64,000 bases of DNA from Octopus sinensis (taxonomy: Eukaryota), in the NCBI RefSeq assembly GCF_006345805.1, contig NC_042997.1, forward strand, positions 87,234,001 to 87,298,000, in the 5' to 3' direction. The position numbers and the translations under genes are program-made. Under the pieces are notes generated by a model. It worked only from the letters and a program-made list of their open reading frames with translations, made no database searches and was not told where the DNA came from. Within the stretch, counting starts at the first letter, position 1. Every line of letters begins with the position of its first letter. Shown piece after piece: positions 1 to 11,172 of this stretch.

Positions 1-900
1 GAGTATTTTGGTGCTAAGTCCTGGAAATGATTTACATATATACTCAAAACATTTACTTTCTTTGTCAAGTGATTTTACATACTGTTTCATTAATCCCAAT
101 TTGATATGCAAAGGAGGAAAGATGATTTTTTTTTTCTTTTGGAACTAGCGCTGCACTAATAACTTTCTTTTCAATGACCTTCAACTCTCAGGGTGACCAA
201 TCTTTCCTTTTCCAGTGCTCCTCTTTTGCTCTACTTTCCCACTTACACAAAAAACATGGGAATTTTGTGTAGCCACTTTGTTGACCAAGCACGAAATTTA
301 CCATTTTCAAAATCGACACAACACCCATTTATATTTGGTGTAGTCAATCTGTTCCATAACCTGTCTGATGGCATCATGTTTTTCTTTCAGTGTTGTTGAA
401 TGACCTATAGGTATTGGTGCATACATGTTGGTATTATGGAGCAAAACACGTTTCAAACTACGTTTTGAACTATCAATGAACAATCTCTATTCATCAGAAT
501 CGTATTTGTAGATGCCTAGTCAAAGAAGAACGCTCTCAACGTCATTACAATGAACAAGATCCATGTTCTCATTAAAGAATGGTACAAATTCGGCATCCCT
601 ATTTCAATAGAATGCTGCTAACAGGCGTTTTTCATTGAGCATAGATGGCAAAAGTTCTGATTCTTTGCTTAGATTTAAGTCTCAAACTAAATCATTCAGC
701 TCATTTTGGTTAAACGGCTCTGGCATGGTTTCAGGACCGTTTTTGTTGTGTCTCTCATTTACATTAGTATCAGACTCGTCACTTTCAACAAGTTTCAACA
801 AATTTTTGTGAAAAACTGGGATTGGTAAATCATCTGAATGTGGCAATGGTTAAATAGCAGAATGAAGACTGAGATAGTCGATAGATCTGCATTTCTTTTG
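1..900 (-). mobile_element. Decayed DDE transposase pseudogene, CMC superfamily (probably Chapaev-3-like); runs off the left edge
   Basis: Manual minus-strand translation gives PLPHSDDLPIPVF...FNQNELNDLV*DLNLSKESELL...YDSDE*RLFIDSSKRSLKRVLLHN...GQQSGYTKFPCFLCKW...FPPLHIKLGLMKQYVKSLD, with stops and frameshifts. The superfamily label is from recalled motifs. Confidence 0.8.
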
Positions 901-1015
901 GTTCAGTCCAGCAACACTGACTGATCCCAGTACTTACTTTTTAAACGTCTGGTATGTGTTCTATCGGTCACATTTATCGAATCGCTAAGTTACGAGGACG
1001 TAAAAACTAAGAGGA

Positions 1016-1291
1016 AATCAATCGTATTTGGTCTCGGAAAACAAAATATTTGTTCGGCAAGTTCAGTATAAAATTTTATTTCTTTAATGTTTATTTTTTT
1101 GCAATCAGTTGCAAAAACACGGTCGCACACACACGCCACTGTTCGGGTCGCCTGTGCAAATGAAAGACAATGAGTGTGTGACCGTGTTTTTCACTGTTGA
1201 GCTGCAAAAATAAACATTTAAGAGATAAAAAAAAATTACACAGAATTTTCCAAACAAATACTGTGTTCTCCAAGACCAAATATGATTGATT
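1016..1291. mobile_element. Palindromic MITE-like element with ~120-bp imperfect inverted arms
   Basis: 1016-~1133 is the reverse complement of ~1172-1291. Outer ends match at 20/22 (aatcaatcgtatttggtctcgg vs aatcaatcatatttggtcttgg). Confidence 0.7.
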
Positions 1292-1687
1292 GCCCACAAA
1301 GATACACGTACGTGTGTGTGTGAGTGTATATATATATACACACACATTCATACAACGGGCTTCTCTCAGTTTCCGTCTACTAAATCCACTTCAAATGAAA
1401 GCGATGGTCACTATATTCAATCGAGAACTGTCTACATTTTTTAATTCACTTGAACCATGCGCCCACCAGCAAGCAGCCAAAATTTCTACAAGATGGCCTT
1501 CAGTAAAGTCATTCCTAAATACTGTGGACTTCAGTTATACAACTCCTTGTGGGAAATAATAAATGCTCCCCCACTCACTCCGATCCCAGCAAAGAATAAA
1601 AAGCAAAAACAGGACACACTGGATAATGTACTTTTCGCTACACAATGCTTGGGGGGAAAAAAAGAATGGGTACGGTAGTAATGCCAG

Positions 1688-1990
1688 TCATCTTTTACTT
1701 GTTTCATTCATTGGACTGCAGCCATGCTGGAGTACCGCCTTGAAGGGTTTGACTGAATAAATCGAGCCAAGTACTTAATTTTTAAGCCTGGTAACTATTC
1801 TATCGCGCTCTTTATGTAGAACCTCCAAGCTCCGAGTACGTAAACAAACGTGTGTTTGTGCACATATATACGTGTTTATGTACACACAGACGATGGGCTC
1901 CTTTCAGTTTCTAGGCAATAGTGGACCACGCCGTGCGATCGAACCCGGAACCACGTGGTTAGGAAGTTCCTATCATAGTCACGAGCATGC
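1688..1990 (-). mobile_element. tRNA-derived SINE, family A (degenerate)
   Basis: Shares cttttacttgtttca..., gccatgctggag and gaacccggaaccacgtggtt blocks with the intact copy at 52898-53245. Confidence 0.7.
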
Positions 1991-3678
1991 CTCTATTTTG
2001 TTTATTTACTTATTGAATTCCTTGTTATATCTATATTTTTTTAACCATTTTCTTAGTTTATTTTTGTAAAGCGTGTTCTTGCTTCCAATAAATTGCAGTT
2101 CTAAATTTTTATTGTAGTATTCTCAAATGAAATGAATTTTAGACTTAATCACACACACAAAAAAATTTTTATTTTATGGTATTTATATTCAAAGTCATAT
2201 TCCAGCTAAATCAGGAGGAAAATCCTTAACACTTTCACAGAATACAAAATAAAGATGTTTGCAGTTAAGGAAGAAAATACGGTCAAGAAGGGTTCCTGAA
2301 ATGCAATCTGTCGCCTGACGCTCATCAAGGGAAGTAATCAATTCTTGAACTCGTACTGAAACTATTTCATCATCATATGAAATAGCTGCTACCGACTTAA
2401 AATTATTACTATTATTATAATTATAGACTAATATAGTCCAAAATTTAGGCAGAAGTGGATAATAGCTTTCATTATATTAATACGTAGAAAGCTGTTCACA
2501 AAGAACTTTATAAGATACTCTTTATTTGAATGATTTAGTGCTACTACAGAATCGAATCACCCCTTAAAAATTTGAAGATTCGTTTCAACAATGTGTTTCA
2601 TATAAAAGCAATTTTTAAAGAGAATTATTGAGATATACTTTATTAAAACTACAGCGAAATTAACACACACACACACTAGACCGACTGTGTAAAGAAAATG
2701 ATTTCCTAAACATAGAATTCCAAAAATAAAATTGGTTAATGTTCAAATTTCTAGTAATTTTTCGGACAAGTTAAAAAATTTTTTATAGTAACTAACAAGA
2801 AGCTATTAGTAACCTTGAAAATATTAGCTTGTTTCAATCTCTTTTGGACACCATTTACATGGGTTAATGTTATAAAGTTTATCTACATTTCTAATCTAAA
2901 ACTAAACTAATAAAGCTAGTAAACCAACAACTGATCCAATGGTTTGAAAAACGTGTCGGTTAAATGTATGTTAAAATGTACTGCAAAAGAGAGAAAAAGA
3001 GATAGAGACTACAATTACTGTTAGGCTTCTACAGTAAATAATTTCAGAACAATAAAAAAAAAATCAGTGGAAATAATAAATATTGAAACTTGGAAATGTT
3101 TATATATTACATACAAGTCAGTAAATAAATTTCGTTTTAAACTTGAAATGAAAGTTAAATTTCAGCAATAAACAAAATGAAATTAAAAGTTGAAGTCGAA
3201 TATATTTCTATATCAATATAACAACCAGGTATCAAAATTTAACGCGACTTGTGATCACTTTATTCTGTATATTGTAGTCATTAACTTCAACTATTTAAGG
3301 TAAGACTAAGAATCATTAAACGATACAATCTAAATAAAAACGTGTATGTCTCTCTATATGCAAAAAGAGACATTATTAAAACGGAGACAACTTTCCGAAT
3401 GATTAAAAATTCAGGCACAAATTTTTTTTTTAAAAAAGGCATAATTAATGGGTATTAGTAAAAAATGCAGGTTATAATCAAACTAAACTGAAATGTATGG
3501 ACAAAAAGTCATAGCAATCATAATTAAAAAAAAAATTTCAAATAATCCTAATGCTGAGTTGGATTATGATAAATGAAATACTGGTTGCTTGCTTTTAGAA
3601 GAGACAACTTAAACACGAAATGAATTCAAGTTAAAATAAAAATTATTTGTAGGCAAATAAGTGATATTCTAACCTTAC

Positions 3679-3688
3679 CTCTAGGCAT
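3679..3688 (-). CDS. Candidate first coding exon (M-P-R-G, phase 1) of a gene divergent from BUD31; possibly PDAP1
   Basis: Minus strand reads ggATG CCT AGA G|gtaagg, an ATG followed by a strong donor, 546 bp from the BUD31 ATG. The identity is inference only; no exon 2 was confirmed in the window. Confidence 0.4.
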
Positions 3689-4233
3689 CCTGTTAGCTGT
3701 TTAGTTTCGACAGTTTTTAAGTGTTGCTTTATGAAAAAGTAATAGAAACTGGTGTAGTTTTGTGACGGTAAACGGGGTAGAGCCGTGAGGAAAGCGCCAC
3801 ACAGGTGGGGAGCGTCGAATATTTGTGATGAGAAGTTTTTATAAAAATCGTTGAGAACGAAACGAGTTTTTTCAACACAATGACTGGTCCCCTATATTAT
3901 TAATCTGCGAAGACTTTACAGACGCATCGTAGGATCTACAAATAGGAATAAATTTATTTACATTATTCATTTGTGTTTGAATAGTCGGAATAAATTCTAG
4001 CTGCTCGATAAATGAATACTGTTAAATTTATAAGTTGTAGCGTATAAATGTATATAACATATAAGAAAACAAAAACTTGTAGAAGTTGCGTGAGAACGTG
4101 ACTTGAAGCTACTTCCGGCCAATTGGAATTGTACGAATAGATTTACTGTTGTATTTGTACACATTAAAATAACATAGAAACATAACACTTGTAGAAATTA
4201 TTTTAAACACTCAAAACACAAGTTAAAACAGCT
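3689..4233. promoter_or_regulatory. Putative bidirectional promoter / 5'UTR region
   Basis: Locally CpG-richer stretch between two divergent ATGs, with an ETS-type ACTTCCGG at 4111-4118 and AACGTGAC at 4095-4102. Confidence 0.5.
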
Positions 4234-4327
4234 ATGCCTAAGGTAAGAAGGAGTAAAAAGTCTCCCCCCGAAGGCTGGGAACTTATTGAGCCAACACTAG
4301 ATGAGTTAGAACAAAAAATGCGAGAAG
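4234..4327 (+). CDS. BUD31: BUD31 coding exon 1 ([31 protein letters not shown])
   Basis: Near-invariant BUD31/G10 N-terminus; 94 nt; GT donor at 4328. Confidence 0.97.
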
Positions 4328-4608
4328 GTAATATACAATGTTTTTTTTCTAAAATTTTCCAACAGTTTATTCTTTGCTCAGACTTGGAACGAGCTTATTA
4401 AAGATGTTCCAGTAATAACGATCCCGACTTTTAATCAGGCATAATGTATTTAAGACTATATCAGCTAAGTGCGACCTTCCTAGAGTATTGTGACAGATTT
4501 GGGCACTATTTCTAGCAAGTTAAGCATCCTCAGCTGGATAGTATAGTTCACACATTATATTATACAAAGTCAGCAAAAACAAAATAGAATGAATATCTTG
4601 GAAAAACA

Positions 4609-4680
4609 GGCGAATGTAAAGAATACGCACATCCGGTGGTTAGGGTTACGACGAAAACTGGTGGTATTCTTTACCTCCGC
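4609..4680. mobile_element. 72-bp hairpin mini-element with GTAAAGAATAC inverted termini and a GGTTAGGGTT core
   Basis: gtaaagaatac (4616-4626) pairs with gtattctttac (4664-4674). Homologous to 26392-26482 in the opposite orientation. Confidence 0.6.
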
Positions 4681-5351
4681 TAGAAAAATATTACTCTATA
4701 AATGCTTGGTAGTGTCATAAAGAATTTTAGATTCGGAATTTATGTAGATTCGGAAACATCAACAAAACTTTAGTAAATGAAATTGGGACGTTATATTCAA
4801 AGATCGCCTCGCATTCAAATTATGGAAGAGCCATATTTGACCATTTAGAAACACTCACACCGCTACATTTACTTATTACTGTATACTGTAAAGACGCAGC
4901 GGGATTTGGTGGGTGCCAGTTTAAAACTAGGTTTTGGTACTAGATTTCTGAAGGAGTCGCTTTATTTGTCACTCGATAGTAAAACATTATCAAGAAATAA
5001 AAGTGAATCTCACTGCCACTATTTACCATGCAGTTGTGTCTAAAATTCACGTATATGTAGATAGAGGAATGAATATATAACTAAATTTCAAATTCGATTT
5101 CATATCACACTGCCTTTTCTATTGGAATAGTTGTTGTCAAGGAGTAATTACTGGTATTGTTTATGGCACTGCATTCATACTAGCAATCAGAATGTTGTTT
5201 GCATTATGAACAATATTATGTGTTAGGGGATAGCGACGGTGGAAAGAACCCCAATCGATTAATGTTTTCTTTAACTCCTGGTCACCAAAATAAAATTTTA
5301 AAAAAATATATATGTAGCAAACAAATATAAAAGCAAACATTTGTACAAACG

Positions 5352-5696
5352 AGAGGGGACGGGGAAGTCTTTCAGAAAATTCACGTTCCAATTTTTTCCT
5401 AATAACTTTCAGAAAAATGGATATATATTTATGAAATTTTATAGAAATACCTTTCAAGTTACATCGATTACGATTATAAAGAAATTTGTGAGAGGGAAAT
5501 GTTTTCCGAATGGGTGGGGAGAGGATTTTGAGAAAATTCACACGATCCGATTTTTTCCCTCGTAACTTTCAGGAAAATGGGTATCTTTTAATGAAAGTTT
5601 ATACAAATACTTTTCAAACGACATAGATTACAATTATAAAGATATTTGTGGGGAGATAATTTTGTCCAAGGGGGTGGGGAGAGGAGTTTCGGATCT
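5352..5696. repeat. Tandem repeat, ~160-bp period, ~2.2 units
   Basis: aactttcag recurs at 5404 and 5564; G-rich gggtggggagagga blocks recur at ~5511 and ~5671. Confidence 0.75.
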
Positions 5697-6596
5697 TTTC
5701 GGTTTGAACGGCAGTTTTCAACATAATTTCTAGGTATACTGGCAGAATGTGTTTTTAAAACATCTTTTTCTCTTGGCTTTATTGAAAAAATTCTATAGTT
5801 TGTAAGATATTTCGTCTTTAATTTCTTGCATTTCGGCAATTTTAAACCGAAAAGATCCGGAGTTTCGGATCAAGAAGACCACATAAGATGAAATTTCTCC
5901 GTTTTGACGGGGATTTTTCCAATTGTTTTTCACCACGGCCTTCGAAATGATGGGGAGTGATTTGTATAGCTTGCCCTAAGTGATTTGTATATCTTGCTGG
6001 CCTTGTGCCAACATTTGTAACCAATATTATTTTCTAAGCTGTGACAAGCTTTGCGAAATTAATTCAAGTTTTTCTCCAAGCTACAAGATTTTCTGAGTTG
6101 GGATTCTGAAATGCCACTTCATTTTTTCTATTTTTACTTCCTTTCTGTCTTTTCTTTTTTAATTTCATTTTTATCTCCTTTTTTGTTTTTTCTTTCCTGT
6201 GATCTTTCTTTATCCATAATGTATATATATACAAAAACATAAGTTGTCTGGACAAGTATTAAAGTGTTCAATGGACAATTATAACAGTTGGTTAAAACTT
6301 AAATTGTCTATCCTATCTGCTGTGATGCAAATATGAAGACAGTAAAGGAATGAGTTTCCTTGAGAGATAGAGAAACAAATGGCATTCACCATAAAAAATT
6401 ATCTTCAGAGAGTAGAAAAGCAACATGCATAAACTGATTAATTTTTAGTACTTACAGAATGTTATACTATATGTAAATTTAGGGAAAGCAAATAAACAAA
6501 AAAAAATAAAGCAATATATCAATTAATTTCTATGAAATTAATAGAAAACATAAGATTTTTATAAAAGAAAACCCTCCCCATAGAGAGAGACACATA

Positions 6597-6813
6597 CAAG
6601 GAGGTGCTGAAAAGTTCCTGGCTTTAACGTTATTGCTAAAGGCCTGGTTGGAGGCCCAACCTGCTGAGTTCTTTTACAGGGCTTAGAAAAACTGAAGGTC
6701 TGCTACAATAAGTGTGTGAATCTGAGAGGGAGATATCTTGAATAAAATCATAATTAACTGATCTTCCTGTATTTTCTTTTACCCAAAGCTAGGAACTTTT
6801 CAGCACCCCCTCG
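6597..6813 (+). mobile_element. Mariner deletion derivative (MITE) with TIRs and TA target-site duplication
   Basis: TA|caaggaggtgctgaaaagttcctggcttt ... aaagctaggaacttttcagcaccccctcg|TA. Retains a mariner C-terminal remnant, GLEKLKVCYNKCVNLRGRYLE*. Confidence 0.85.
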
Positions 6814-7760
6814 TACACAGTGCATAAAATGAAAGTATTAGTCTTGTAAAGAAAATATTACAATAAATAATTTTAACTCCATGATACATGCACGCATGCA
6901 AAAGTAAGTTTATTTTACAAACAGATGTTGAGGAATTGCCATTATGATTATAAAGCATCTACTTACATTTGTTGTTTTTAATTCTGTCTTGGATTCATCT
7001 AACCAAGCAGATTTTTCATTGGAAGATTATGGTACTTTGGTAGTCTTCTAACTGTTCACTATGAAGTATTATTTACTGTTACCTGTTGCTTAAATGCAGC
7101 TTAATTTTGTTGAAGTTTTTATTGTAAAACATTGCCTGAGTGTTTATTGGTGACTTTTAATCTGCTTTTATGAAACATACATTAAAAAATTTTTAAGAGA
7201 CAATCCTATGATTTGTATATCTCAGGAATGAAAAGTATTACAAATAAACAATTAACCCAAAGGTTATTTATTTTACAATAAAGAGGAACACACCTGTGCA
7301 CACAAACAGAGTCAGTTAATTCCAAAGGAAATAGGTCAATTATTTCCAAGAACAAATATAAAAATATCATACCAATAATACAATTATGGTTATTGTTTGA
7401 CAACCTTAGCAATATAATGTAAATGGTATCGTGCGAACAGTTACTTGCAGGTGCAAGCTGGATAAAATGGAAATATTCTGACAGAACCAAAGTAACTTCA
7501 AGAAATGGGAATGCAACTCCCCTATTGACACCATATGTTACTGGAATACAGAATCACAAACTATGAAACATCTGGCTGTTAAACAATGCCTCAAATAACT
7601 TATTTGTCCAACTGATGCAAACATGGAAATATACATGGAAAAAGAAACAAACTTATCTTATTTTCATTTTCAAGGCCATTAACCATTTTAAACCATTGCA
7701 GCTTAGCAAAATAGTACTTATTATTAAGTCTTGTAATTAGTTTCATTCTATCTTTTTCAG

Positions 7761-7883
7761 CGGAAACTGAACCACATGAAGGAAAGAGGAAAGTTGAGGC
7801 TTTATGGCCAATTTTCAGAATTCACCATCAGAGATCACGTTATATTTATGATCTTTTCTACAGACGACATGCCATTAGTCGAG
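7761..7883 (+). CDS. BUD31: BUD31 coding exon 2 ([40 protein letters not shown])
   Basis: tttttcag acceptor; 123 nt; conserved BUD31 sequence; ends at a GC donor. Confidence 0.95.
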
Positions 7884-8313
7884 GCAAGTAATTATTTGTG
7901 ATCAGTTTTTTTTTCCCACTCTATACCTATACTTTTTTACCAGTAATTTTCGTTTTACCAAAATACTTATTGTTGATATCATAAGAATTTATAAACTTTT
8001 GAGAGAACATTAAATAATTCTTTTTTGGAACAGTGGATTTCAAAGCACATAAAGCATGTAAGTATTATGTTGAAGAACTCTTCACCAACAGCCTTTAACT
8101 TTTTCTGTCTGAAAAGGCCTTCTCAACCCAGTATTTTCATGTTATTATTTATAACTCTATATGCTTTGAAATCCACTATTCTAAAATACTTATATTTGAG
8201 TCTTGTGTGTCTTTAGCAGAGCTATATTCTGCTGCTTTCACAGAAAATACCTATATTGTAAAATTTGAACTGATTATTAAATGTGTATTATTGTTTGTCT
8301 TTTTTTTTTACAG
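7884..8313 (+). other. BUD31: BUD31 intron 2, non-canonical GC-AG intron
   Basis: GAG|GCAAGT donor. The nearby GT at 7888 would add 4 nt and break the frame. Confidence 0.85.
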
Positions 8314-8480
8314 AACTCTATGAATATTGTTTACGAGAAGGTATAGCAGATAAAAATTTGATTGCTAAATGGAAAAAACAGGGCTATGAAAATCTTTGTT
8401 GCTTGCGTTGTATTCAAACCAGGGATACTAATTTCCAGACAAATTGTATTTGCCGTGTTCCAAAAAGCAAACTAGAAGAG
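8314..8480 (+). CDS. BUD31: BUD31 coding exon 3 ([55 protein letters not shown])
   Basis: Poly-T tract plus cag acceptor; 167 nt; gtaagg donor; cysteine-rich G10 signature. Confidence 0.97.
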
Positions 8481-9112
8481 GTAAGGACATCTTCAAATTT
8501 AACTTGAAATTTGAAAAAAAATTATTCAGTGCTGGTTAAATCAGCCCAGATCAAACAGACCTATGATCAAAGGTATTCCAGCTTTGACCATCCTATCTTT
8601 TTGTATATCAAAGATTACATTGTCCAATAATTTCTAGCAGACTGAATGACAACTTAAAGGTTCATAAGCAGGTGAAATGAAATGAAAAAAAGAAAAGTTG
8701 CATTTATTACATTATTTCATAAAATGCACAATTTGTCTACTAAAACTAATTGGCTAGCAATTAAATTTATATTAATCCTATCTTTTCTTTTTCGTTAATG
8801 TTACTGCTCTTTTGAGTATGCTATACTGTACTTCAGAATATATCAACAGACTTTTAACCAACCCTATGTACAGCAGATGTAGATACCTTTACTTTACAAT
8901 ATCTTTGTGGATGGCCTGACTAGTTTCAATACTGTGCTGAGATTTGTGATACAGTACTTTCTGATGGAGAGTACTCTTCACAGATACTGCTTATAAATCA
9001 ACTAAAATGATTTTATTGACTGAGCCATTTCAGTCAACATATACAACTCCGCTCTCACTACTTTGATCAACTACAAACATACTGACTCACACTCATACTT
9101 CTCCTCCTCCCA

Positions 9113-9400
9113 ATAAATTAATTGAAGAGTGCAGAGAACAGGGATGGACTGTTGAGTATTACCATCTAGTGGGGGCTAGAGGCTTCATTGAAAGGAAAAT
9201 GACAATGTTATTTAAAAGAAGGTTTGCATTTTCAAGCTCAGAGCTAAGAAAAGTAATAAGGAGAATACAGGAGGCAATCGAAAAACCAGCTTCTATATGT
9301 GGCTGAAATGAGAAGACTTAAAAGGGCTTGAAAGCCATAACATGCCAACTGAGAAATAGCGTCACTAGGTGATGCTGGCTGACACTTAAGCCGAATTACT
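9113..9400 (+). mobile_element. 3' end of a restriction-like-endonuclease non-LTR retrotransposon (R2 superfamily, HERO-like)
   Basis: KLIEECREQGWTVEYYHLVGARGFIERK...ELRKVIRRIQEAIEK/SFYMWLK* (one frameshift) resembles the recalled (E)VGCRGF...AAEKAS.W.WLKR C-terminus of this group. Confidence 0.7.
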
Positions 9401-9619
9401 AATTGACAGGTGGACCAAGGTAGCGGTCTCGTTCATAGTGCCCCTTCCTCCCAGTTTGATGGCTTGTACCACCTAACAGCTAGTTGGCTCTGGTTGCTGG
9501 AACTGAAACTAACACAATACTGTTGGAAGGCAGGTTTAGAGAGGGTGCAGGCTAAAACTACATGCCCTTCTCCTCCATTGGTCAGTCAAAACTTAGTGTC
9601 ACATGATAGTTAGCTGGAG

Positions 9620-10650
9620 CTTACTGGTGAGTATTTAAAGGGAAATTTGGCAGGTTGGTCACTCGCCCACTGACATTCATTGACACTGCATCAAAGAACA
9701 GAAGAAAAAGGGAGAAAGAAGAAACGCACTCAACACCAGAGCTGAAGACATCTCTGAAAGTGGGGGGCATCCATGTCGAAAACGGTAGAGGAATAGGAGC
9801 CAAAACCGGACATGGTTCCTCCTGATGATGTCTTCAGCCACTGGATCCTATAAAGGAGCTGTTGAGGTAGCGAACCGTGCAATGTAGTTGGAATTCCTCC
9901 AATATATATTGTTGAAATTTACTGACAAACAGGCAGGTAACAGCAAGTGGGTGCGGGGAAAGAGAGCAGAGAAATGTGCTCTGGCAAAGGTGGTGTAGGT
10001 AATGGTGAGGGGAAATTCATGAAGGATGAAGTGGCGAGCCATGAGTTGAGACTGAGTCTCAAATTCATGGTTGTCACTGCAGAGTCTGTGCAGATGGAGG
10101 AATTGGGAGTAGGGGATGGAGAGTTTGGTGGGAGGAGGAAAAGTATGAGTGTGAGTCAGTGTTTTTGTAGTTGATTAAGGTTGTGAGAGCAGAGTTGTAT
10201 ATGTTGACCGAAATGTCGAGAAAGGTGACAGAAGTGTTGGAAATGGTGCAGAAGAATTCGAGGGCAGGATGGAAGGAATCTAGTTGTTCGCTGGAGAGCA
10301 AGATTGCACCTATACAGTCATCAATATAATGACCGTATAGTTCAGGAGTGGGGCCAGTGAATCTTGAAAATATTTGGGCCTCAGCATAGCCAACAAACAA
10401 GTTCGTATAGCTGGAGCCAATTCTCATTCTCATTGCCACTCCCAAGACCTGTTGGTAAAATCCCCTCATGAGCGAGAAGCAGTTGAGGGAGAGAACAAGT
10501 TCAGCCAGATGATGAAGTGTGGACATGTCAGGTTGGGGGTTGAGTTGAAGGTCTAGGAAATGTTTGAAGGCAAGAAATCCTTCTGATGTGGGATCACTGT
10601 ATATAGACGCTTGGCATCAAGAGTGAAGAGAATTTTAGAGGGGCCAGGAG
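9620..10650 (-). mobile_element. Penelope-like retroelement remnant (RT plus downstream region and inverted terminal part)
   Basis: LFTLDAKRLYTVIPH, QQVLGVAMRMRIGSSYTNLFVGY, YGHYIDDC and VTFLDISV motifs in and upstream of ORF 10074-10526. Confidence 0.85.
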
Positions 10651-11172
10651 GGAAATGTATATAATTATGTGTGTCTGTATTTGTCCGAAAGACATCGCTT
10701 GACAACCAATGCTGGTGTATTTATGTCCCTGTAACTTAACTTAGCAAGCAAAAGAGACCAATAGAATAAGTACTAGGCTTACAAAGAATGACCTGTTGTC
10801 AATTTCTTCGATTAAAACCCTTCAAGGCAGTGCTGCTCCAGCATGGCCACAGTCAGATAACTGAAATAAGTAAAAGAATAAATGAATATATATATATAAA
10901 GAAGTGTACCTTTTCATATGTTTACTATATATATTGGGATAAAATGAAAGCGGTTTTTGACTAAACTGCACCTGAGTTGAAATGCCTCGTTTTAGGTTAA
11001 TCAAAGCTGCTATCTTTTTATATTACCAGATTAGTTTCAAATGAAGATTGTCTTATTTTTATAGCATTGTTTTCATGAAAAATAAAATATCATGTTTAAT
11101 TTTATCATTAATTGCCTTATCAATGTCTAATCTTCCCACTGAAAAATCTAATTTTTTTTTTCTTCAACACAG

